60,820 nt of DNA from Girardia tigrina (taxonomy: Eukaryota). Position numbers and translations under genes: made by a program. The notes under the pieces are model-generated. The model was not told where the DNA came from, did no database searches, and saw nothing but the letters and a program-made list of their open reading frames with translations. This document shows positions 51,044-60,820 of this stretch, piece after piece. The DNA is taken from contig MQRK01224224.1 of NCBI GenBank assembly GCA_001938485.1, positions 1 through 60,820 of the forward strand, written 5' to 3'. The first letter of the stretch is position 1; each line of letters opens with the position of its first letter.

Positions 51044-51917
51044 AAAATGTTAGTTTTAAGAAAATAATAAAAGGACATTCTTTTATAAAAATGATGTTCG
51101 ATAATATTATTATTGCAAATTATTAATTATTTACAAACCCTCGTATTAAGAACATTTAAACAAGTCTCGTTTGAATGTTTATTGCAATTACATTTAGAGT
51201 CATTAAAACTCTCAGAAGGTCTGTCATCGTTTGCCATCGTTCTAATTGGTTTTCTTATTTCTGTTTTTAATCATGATTATTCGAGCAATTTTTCTAAGTT
51301 ATTTTTAAAATATTTAACCTCTAAAAATACGAATATTAATTTTTTAAAAATATTAATTTTTTACCATTTCTCAATAAATCCCAGAATAATAAAAATGACA
51401 TCAAATTATTAAAAATGCATTTAATTTAAATTTTACTAAAAATTATTAAACTTAATTTTAATTCTGAAATTAAAGATATGAACTTATAAAATGATTATTT
51501 TAATTATGTTCGAATAGTCAATCATTTTAAATTTATTAAAAAAAATACCAATTTCCATCTGGGTGGGAGAATCACCATTCTAAATTCAACATACTTAAAT
51601 CAACATACAGCATCAAAACATTCACACATTCAAACAATTTAAAATATTCCTCACATCTCGCAAATTTATTTTTTCATTATCGTTGATATTTTGAAGAATA
51701 AATTTAGGCTTTTAAATAAATTTAACAATTGGTTTTGTAAAATTAATTTTTTTCCCAGACCAACAACTGTATTATAGATGGTGTTATAAATTTATAATTG
51801 CTTTATAAATGCTTTATTATTAGTAAAAAATATATTTATTACCAGTATTATATATATATATATATGTGTGTGTGTTAAAGCATTTTTTAAAAAAATTCAA
51901 ATTATTGTTCACTAGAT

Positions 51918-51956
<39 letters not shown>

Positions 51957-52319
51957 ATGTGTGTGTATATATATATATAATATATCTCTATGTGTTTATA
52001 AATATGTAAAAAATTAAATATTATTTATATTTAGTAACTGATATAATCTGGACATATAAGTTGAAATATATTTGAAAATATATAACGGATTTGTTCTTTC
52101 AGACAACAATAATGAATTTAACTAATTAAAAAGTACATAAATGAATGTTGAATATAGAGTAGTTCAATGGCATTTCCCTTGTAATTGCTGATCATTGGTT
52201 CCCAATGTCGTACTTTCTCTCGACATTAAGTCAATATTAATTCATTTAAGTACTATTTTTCCAGTAGTTTTGTTCCAATTAATTTAGTATTTCTACCTTT
52301 TCATTACCTCTACTCCTTA

Positions 52320-53659
52320 CTATGGCAGCCAAAATATGAACCTAAAAGTACCAAAAATTGATTTTATTGACCTATAAAATTTTAAATTTTACTATTTTAA
52401 TTAATTTAAATGGTCTAGAAAAGTCATTTCCAGTAAATTTTTACCCAAAATTGACTTTATTTAACTTTATTAGAAATAGTAATTTAATCCAGACTTTTAA
52501 TAGAACTTATTAAACAAAAAAGTGAAAAGTTCATGATAAAATAATTGTATTGTGTGCATATATATTTCTCAATATTTGAATTAAAAAAATTTCGATTTAT
52601 TTCTAGAAGGGAATTGAGCATTGAAAAACTTTGCTTTACCGAGGATAATATTAGTGGAATATTAACCCATTAACGCCTAAACAGGAATTAGAGAGGGTAT
52701 GATGTAAAATCGTCTGCACTAAGATATGATATTGTTTATTCTTTCTTTCTTTTTGACCTTAGCTGTTGGGCCGTAGTTGCACCCAATTATAAACAAGCCT
52801 TCGCCACATTTCTATTTGCATCAGTTATGAAATTACAGTGAATTTATAATCTCAACCAGTCATATTTAAAGCAAAGTAAGGTCATTGACGCATCACTTTG
52901 ATTATATAGACGTGATAAAACTTGAAAAATTTCATAAACATTCTTCTCAAGTCACTAAATTTTTATTTTTTCAAGCGTCCTCAAACGAAGACGGCCGGCA
53001 TAAATGGGTTAAGCAACCTTTCATATACCACTGGCGATACGCTATCATTTTTCATTACTTTAATTGCTCTAATGTCATTCATTTAAAATCTTGTATTGAT
53101 AAATAAACCAACATTGTGTGAATCATCCTTGAAATCAATACTCTTGATCTTATCCAGTGCATTTGCAATAGAAAAATTTGCTCTTTCCAATTCGATTGCC
53201 AAAGTTGACAGACAATTGTATTGAGAAGTTATTGCCACCAAATTTTTTGCAAGGTTGGGTGACTCAAATATCTTTTTTGCAGAGCTTTTCCATAACTGAT
53301 ACTTTAAAAATTTCTTTGATAGCTTGCAAATTCTCGCATAATATATAGAGAGCTGCATCAATCTACGAGTCCAAGCTGATGAGAAGTGGTTCCTATTGAA
53401 ATTCTATTTTTCAAAAAGCTCTAGATTTTGTTGTTGTTTTTACTGAAAAAATTAAATTGTTAGCATTAAAATTATTGCAAACTATTTTGACAGTACTATG
53501 CATGAGTTGCGAAACCAATTCGACATGTATTTTTAATGAATTTCTAGCAGAAACCATATATCTTACGGAATCGCGAAGCAAAAGACAAAAATTTTCTATA
53601 TCAGTATAAAAGTCTTTACTAATTTGGTTTGTTTCAATGGAAACATCAGAAACAGTCAT
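52320..53659 (-). mobile_element. Degraded hAT-type transposase, interrupted by a piggyBac MITE
   Basis: LLLRDSVRYM (cf. LL.SDAA.YM) and C-terminal SVKQSFSMLNSLLEINRNF (cf. VERSFS dimerisation motif). Confidence 0.65.
52666..53008. mobile_element. piggyBac-like MITE carrying an RTE 3' fragment (52739-52815)
   Basis: TTAA|CCCATT..GCC ... GGC..AATGGG|TTAA termini. Confidence 0.75.
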
Positions 53660-53677
53660 ATATGTATATATTAGTAA

Positions 53678-53785
53678 ATCTTGTGAACTCTAATTTAATA
53701 TTTGGGAAAAATAATTTTGTTAAAGCTTTTTAAAGAAATTGTACGTGTTTCGGAAATTCTTCTTCCATCATCACCAATTATAATT
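53678..53785 (-). repeat. Copy of the hammerhead-containing repeat
   Basis: Reverse complement reads AATTG-GTGATGA-T-GGAAGAAGAATTTCC-GAAA-CACG-TA-CAATT, then the family tail ending AAATTAGAGTTCACAAGA. Confidence 0.65.
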
Positions 53786-56700
53786 TTTCATTACTATTTT
53801 AATGTTTCTTTTGTATAAGGTTATTTTAAAAGGAATCAGATTATTTATTTATTATATTTAAGATATTACTATTAATTTTATTTTTTTACCATTTGACTAA
53901 CTACATTAAATATTATAAAACACTAATGATGATCAATACATGTTCTATATTAACAATTTTTTAAGAAGCGCTTTATCAAATATTGATTCGAATAATATAT
54001 AATGTGATTGATCATCAGAGAAAATTTGCTCATGATTTTTAAGCAATTCAACAAGACCTTGACCAATATTCTTACAATTAATGTTGGTTTCATAACAAAA
54101 ATAAATCTATTCTCCCTGTAGCATCGATTTAATTTGCTGAATCATTTTTTCCGAAAATGAATTTTATCTGGAATCTGGAATGCGTTTCAGAATAGAGGGG
54201 ATGGTTCATCGATCTTAAAAGCTACGCAATTTCTTCATTCTTTAATTGTTCAGTGGAATGTCTGCACCAAAAAAAACTTCAGTGATTTGCAAAGAAAATT
54301 GTTAACTCCCATTTACTGCTATGATGTTTGGTTGATCAACAAGCCCTCTAGCTAACTGTAAATGTTTCATTGACTTCATATGGGAATCAATGAAGAATTT
54401 GTTTGTACAACAAACTTGAACTTTGCATAGTTATCAGATTAGCTTGTCTTTTCTCATAACCTTAAAATCATTTAGACTTTTCAGAGCAGTAACCTTTGCC
54501 TTTTCTTTCAAACTTTTTTTAAACGTTTGGCATTGGATTTTAATCCATAAAGTATGTAGGGTTAAAAGGAAAATAAAAATATAAAAATACTTTGTAATTC
54601 CATAACAGTTCCGTTTTGGCAGATGCTGGATGACAACCAGAGATCTGGTCGCCCTGTGACATCCTCAACAACTGGAAATGTGCTGCTCTTAAAAAATTAA
54701 TCTCTCTTAAAAACGGCAATCTCTTCGCATGCTGAGAGAATCATTTGGTATGTCAAAGAAAAGAGTCATTCTCACATTGCAACTTGGTTTCAGAAATGTC
54801 TTCTCCCACTATATTTCTGAGGTAAATAAGCGTGAGAGAAGAATGACTTACCATTTTTTCTCAGCACACAATTGAGGATCTCATACTGCACTGGGCAACA
54901 GAGGACGAGACATTTGTTCTTATACAAAACTGCTCTTATAAGCAAGAAAACATGGCCAGGTGTCACTCCACCCAACGAAAACCAACTGTCATTTGACCCA
55001 AACTCACTAACAATAAAACTTTAATCTTGTTGGTTTTCACTGGCGATATGAAGATTATTAGAGATATTTGCATGCCAGGCGAGACAGTGCCTCTGAACGA
55101 TATTTTGATTTCCTTCGGTCAACAGGCGAAAAATGGTGGCATGGTCGACATCATCTCACGAAGCTCAATGAGTTACTGTAGCAACACAACAATGTTACGT
55201 AACAAACCTTGCAATGCACAACGGAAATCCATCAGTGTCGTGGTGTCTGTCATCAAGCAAAGTTTATATAGTCCAAACTTAAACTAATTGGACCGTTGGC
55301 TATTCAAATTCCTTTAATATTCATTTCATGGTTTAAAAATTAATATTGGTCAAGAAATTCTCAACAGTGCGGTGCAACAACTGAGAAGCTTCCCTTAAAT
55401 GTAGTACTGTTCGGAGCTATGTGCGCTGCTTGAACGCTGTAAACTTGTGTTACACAATCATAGCAACTCTGTGGTTCACTTCTAAATAAAACATTTAAAA
55501 TGTATTTTTTAAAAAAAGCTTTTATATGACAATTCCTGGAACTTTCGGGTTTCTCCAAGTAATTTCACTAGGATTTGTATATTATTTTAATAATTCGAAA
55601 AAGGATTTGTTTTTTATAATACGTGGTATATCCAATAAATATTGAACATACCATAGAAGATCTAATCTACTTTAAATGTACTTATTTTCCATAGCTAATA
55701 CGTTATAAGAGGGTATAATTGATTTGTTTAAATAAATTATTTTGTTTTATTATTTTACAAAGGAAAATGTCGGGAAGAGATATTCATCGAGCTGAATTCT
55801 ATTTATGATGCAGAAATTTTATCCACGAAAACTGTCAAATGTTGATTCTACCATTTACGAGATTCTGTAAAATCTGTTTGGATGAAGAAAATCAGATGGG
55901 CCTTGGAAAATTGGTTCACAGGGAACGTAAATAACGAGTAAAGAACTAACAATTCACTTAATTTCAGCAAAGGTACCATTGTTTTTAACAACGATGATGC
56001 ATGATCGAGGATTGATTTGCTTTCAGCAGAAGTTTAGTCTCTTTGATCATTTTCGAGACATTTTCTTCCAAAATATTATAACTATTTGTGAACATCTCTT
56101 TCTCTTAATGTATTCGAATCAAGACGTGTGTCTAAAGAGTTGTAGCTGCCAAAAAAGTGTCTTTGATGAAGATGCATTTGTCAAACATGTCACAAAAAAG
56201 CTGCCTTACACACAACTCTTTTGGATGTAAGAGACATGATCTTCTGTGAGTCTTACTCTAGTCTTAGGACTCAGAATTTCAGAATCTGAGATGGAAGAGC
56301 AGAGTCTGTAACTTGTACCTTTATCATGAAAATGCACCCATTCAAAAATATAGGCTGTAAATGTCATCAATTGAGGATTGCCGACTCACTTTGCTCTCTC
56401 ATCCTTCCTACAGTCTTGATTTTGTACAATCTGCTAATTATCTTTTTAATTATCTGAAGTGACTTTTCAGAGGTCAAAATTTCGCAAAAGAAGTTTTGAA
56501 TGATACAGCGTCAATGGTTTAGCCCCAAAGCTGCTGGATTACATTGAAAAACTTTCCTAGATTTTGTTGTGTGATGGAAAAAATGCGTCTATGTAAACTG
56601 AAATTTCTTTGTGAAATGATGCCTAAAACTTAATTATTATGAAACAAATTTCATTTAAAAAACTGGAACAAAAGACAAATACAATTTTCTAATTCCAGTT

Positions 56701-57718
56701 TCAACAAATAATGTTTTACAGTGACCCTCCGTTCCTGTAATGTATTCAGTTTGAGGCTATTTAAGAGGTTCTGGAGCGCTAATAGCGCCTTCATACTGCT
56801 TCCCTTGATAACAAACGTCATCGTAACATTAATAAACCTAATTTATTCATCAGATATCACAGCAATGCTATCTCACGAATCGACCGAGGGTTCACCATGC
56901 TTCCTAGCTTACGCTGATCAGCCTCACGTTCTTAACACATCATAGTACGATGTAAGTGGATTGCTAGCCCACTGGTACTACAATTTTCTGTCAGTACAGA
57001 AATCGGCTAGCTCTCAGAAACTTTCGCACAGAGACGGACTCAAAACCTCCTTCTAGCTTCCCAGGGACACTACGTGGAATTATGTCTGACTGACTTGCAC
57101 ATGTTACCAATGTAACTGATTTCTATGTTTTATAGTATATTTACTGAAACTTAAACGCATGACTAGTTCTCTGGCGGTTTGGTTATTCACTCTGCACGAT
57201 TCTTTGGAGTTTCTCTGATATTACATCGTCAATTTTACACTATCTGTCAGAATTTTCTTTATCAAAAACGAATGTTTGATGCATTGTTTGACATTAGTCA
57301 TGTTTGGACTTTCTTCACTCAGCTCGATGAATATCTCAGATATTTTTATGGGCAAGACGTTGCTCGATATTTTTGATAATATGCAAATACATTTTTTTAC
57401 ATTCAAAACTTTGATAAAAAATAATTTATTAAAGCAAAAATAATGAATATTAATATTAATAATGAAAGTAATGAAAATACACGTTTAATATTTGCTTGTT
57501 TTGTAAAATAAATTTATTTGAATCAAATATCTTCTGAAATAGACTCATTCCTAAATGGGGGCACCACGTAAAAATGCCATTTGTATCGGTTAAAATATCT
57601 TAATTTGTACACGAAAAAAATGAAATTTAAAATAATGATAGATTCTGGTATAAAACAATCGTTAATGTAAATCGTTGTGATTAATAAAAATTATGGATAA
57701 TGAGAAATTTTCATTCAG

Positions 57719-57969
57719 CACAAGGATCTCAAACAATATATGGAAGATTGTGCCAATATTATGAGCATGAATAATGTTCAAATATTTCTATATCAAATTC
57801 TTCGAGGTCTCGCATATTGCCATCGTCGAAGAATTCTTCATCGTGACCTCAAACCTCAGAATCTTTTAATCAATCCGATTAGAGGAGATTTAAAATTAGC
57901 AGACTTCGGATTAGCAAGGGCTAAATCCATTCCAATTAAAACTTATTCCAACGAAGTGGTAACTTTATG
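57719..57969 (+). CDS. CDK16/17/18: PCTAIRE kinase exon [11 protein letters not shown]...HRDLKPQN...[22 protein letters not shown](W); gene continues past the window
   Basis: Acceptor TTCAG|CAC, donor TG|GTTAGT (phase 2, within the Trp codon). HRD, DFG and activation loop present. Confidence 0.97.
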
Positions 57970-60088
57970 GTTAGTTTTATTTCGTTCTTATCCAAATAAA
58001 TTAATTAAAACTTGCAAATAATAGTTAATAATTTACTTTCAAAAAAAATATTTCTTCTCATTAATATTATTTATAAATTTGTAAGTTTGTTAAAAACAAA
58101 AAATATAATTTAAATGTCAAACATAATTTTCTCACATAAGATTTCTGACTTTGCATATTATTTTTGCTAATTATTTTATTTTAATATTCTGTGACAATAA
58201 ATAATTGGATTAATACATTTTCATTACATTTCTGGCACAGAATTAATTATTATTCATACATACTTTGCTGTGGTTAGACCAGTTGATAAACATATATAGA
58301 TATTTATTTATTCATATTAGAAATTTTGAGTTATATTTTTTGTTACCTTGATTGACCAATAATGAATTATATTTTTCTTTTTTTACTACTTTAAAAATAT
58401 AATTTTTCTCAATATAAACTCTGTTTTCGGTTATTTAAATTTTAATTGATCCATAACTTTTACTTTTGACTATCATTTAAGATAGTCAGGCAAAATGTTA
58501 AGTCTGGACCGGGATTTATCCAAGTCCAGCTTCTGTATATTCTTCCTGTGCAAATTCAAAGTCCCGGCTTTTTTCATATAATGAATAACAAAAAAAGAAA
58601 AGTTTTTTAATTTTTTCCATCAAAAATATAATTGCAGACATTGTAGAACGAATTACTTATTGTTTTTTATGGCGATTATTTGATCAGATCAAATGATGTA
58701 AAAGGAAACATTTTCTTTAAAAATGTAAATAAAAAAATATTAAAATACTGAAAAGTACAAAAAAAAATCATAAAACAAGAACAATATGCTATTAATGTTT
58801 AGAAATTTCATCTATAAGTGTAAAATATGGTGTTTTTTAACTAAATAATATTTTGGTAGTTAAAATGTACTTCGGTATGAAATCATAACAATACTGCACG
58901 AAAAAAGGAGTAAGGTTTTCATGAAGTTCGTTTGTTGACGAACACTCTTAGGATATACAGTCGAATTAGTCCTCTTGTTTTTTTTTATTTTTGACGCCTC
59001 TTCATGGTGACTGATTTGAAAAACATCTTCCCACTCTCTTTTCTCCAAAAGTTCCATTTGACTAATTGAAACTTGAACTCTACTAACTGCATTTCTTTAT
59101 TATTTTTTTGCTCGAAATATCATAAAACTGTTAAATTTTATAATACCATCAAATGAAGAAACATTGTTTTATGTATCATTTGATTGTTTTTCTAATTAAT
59201 TTCTAAAAAGTCATCTACCTCACCGAGCATCGACTAAATGAAATAGTTTTATGAACACTAAAATTGAATTTTTCAGGATCCCATGTCAATCTTAATGGAT
59301 TTTACTGCACTCCTTGTAAATTTCACTATTTTATTAATAAAAATAAATTGGTGGACATTGTATACAGCATTCCCAACTTCTATCATATATTAAAATATAT
59401 ACATTCAAAGTCAATTCAATTATCTCTAATCTTCTTTTCAGTCATATATGTCGAATTCATTAGCTATGTGAAGTGTTTTTTTGAAATACTTGAACCTTTG
59501 CCTTTAAAGTCAAAACAAAATAAATTCATGATACAAAAACTCAAAGAAACAAAAACAAAAGAAAACATCATAAAAATTCGTACTTACATTTAGTACATAA
59601 TATACCATTAAATAAAATAGTTCTTTCCTCAATTAAAGTGAGAAAATTACACCACATGATATAGATTAAAAAAATATGATAATATCGTGTTTCTCGAAAT
59701 ATAAGACTAATATTAATTTAATATTAATTTTGATGGAAAAATTACCAGTAGGTTATATAAGCATATTTTCAAAATTAGAAATCTTAGAGTTTTGAAATTT
59801 TTAGAAATTAGAGTCTTTAAATTTTGGACTAGGTCTTATACGGGGGGATGTCTTCTATTTGGAGAAACACGGTAATTCCATCAAAGTAATTCAAATTGTA
59901 TAGCGTTTCACCTTTATTTGTGCTTCCGGAACTTAATAATAATATTCGATGCGGTGATTGTCAGTAATCAGAAGGATGCAAAATTAAATATTTTATAAGT
60001 TTGTAACAATTTAAAATTAAATTAAAGTTAAATTAAATATTATTTTTAATGATTTCAAATTAAATATTTTAAATAATTTTTGTAACTA

Positions 60089-60498
60089 CACCTAATTCTG
60101 TTTGTACACGATTTTGATTTAACACGATCTAAAATTTAAAAATAATTTTCTTTTTACACGACTTTCTTTAAAAAATAACACGATCCAAACGATCAAAATT
60201 TCAACTGCTTTAAAATTGTAAGAAAAGAATTTACACAATTTGAAAAAAATTTCCTGAAATTAGATCAATTTGAAATTATTTTCCCCTGGAATTACATATT
60301 TCAATACGGAATTGTTTTTCTCTCCTCCCTTTGATTTTGGTGTTTAAAGTGAATTAAAAATACATGTAAGTACATACAATTGTATTTTTTCTGATTTTTT
60401 ATTTCTGGAACCAATTTTATTTTTTTCTATGAATACAATATCTGTTTTTACACGAATTCTTCTGGAATGTATCTATCATGTAAAAACAGAATTAGGTG
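60089..60498. mobile_element. pogo/Tigger-like MITE
   Basis: TA|CACCTAATTCTGTTT ... AAACAGAATTAGGTG|TA termini with ACACGA subterminal repeats. Confidence 0.8.
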
Positions 60499-60820
60499 TA
60501 TTTAAAATTAAATATCATTTCTAAGTTTTAAAAGAATTGAAGTTTTAGTAAATTTAATTTATATTAAAATTTAGTATTTTACTATGATAGTAAGATAATT
60601 ATGCTCTTAAAATAAAGAGTGTAATAAATATTTTAATTGTAACATATTTAGAATTTTTGAAAGAATATTTAAATAATAAAAATTGTTTTAATGATTAAAT
60701 TAATGATTAATTAAAGAAAAGAAGCAGAAAATTTGTTTGAATTTCTCAAATTTGTCGAAATTCAAATTAGCGTTCACAAGAATCATATATATACATATAC
60801 ATATATATATATATATATAT

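Noticed and set aside
54130-55300. Faint piggyBac-like (CMPGETVPLND) and mariner-like (RSGRP) remnants; similar debris at ~23900-24900, ~35750-36060 and ~42330-43230
   Set aside because: Too decayed to assign boundaries or families reliably by eye.
1-60820. Prokaryotic-style systems (operons, CRISPR arrays, tRNA genes)
   Set aside because: No regular repeat-spacer arrays, operons or recognisable tRNA cloverleafs were seen. The window is spliceosomal eukaryotic DNA.

Overview
Very AT-rich, TE-dense, intron-rich eukaryotic genomic DNA with N gaps. It is probably an invertebrate, and the style and TE content suggest a triclad planarian (inference only). The backbone is one + strand gene, a PCTAIRE-type cyclin-dependent kinase (CDK16/17/18 family). 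Its exons can be joined in consistent phase: 2054-2219, optional 15876/15905-16265, 21645-22321, 36586-36642, 50304-50513, 57719-57969. The C-terminal exons lie beyond the window. Three of these exons are absent from the ORF track. The long introns hold many dead transposons: mariner, rosa/DD41D-like, Tc1, IS630-like, pogo/Tigger, Merlin, hAT, piggyBac MITEs, RTE LINE 3' ends and a Penelope-like GIY-YIG element. Most notable non-coding signals: (i) a dispersed ~130-bp repeat family with a minimal type-I hammerhead ribozyme core, including an inverted pair, plus a separate intact-looking hammerhead just 3' of the Penelope ORF; (ii) a decayed 28S rRNA fragment in an intron; (iii) a GC-rich island of foreign-looking composition inside a Tc2/pogo-like non-autonomous element; (iv) a phase-compatible alternative exon of the kinase.
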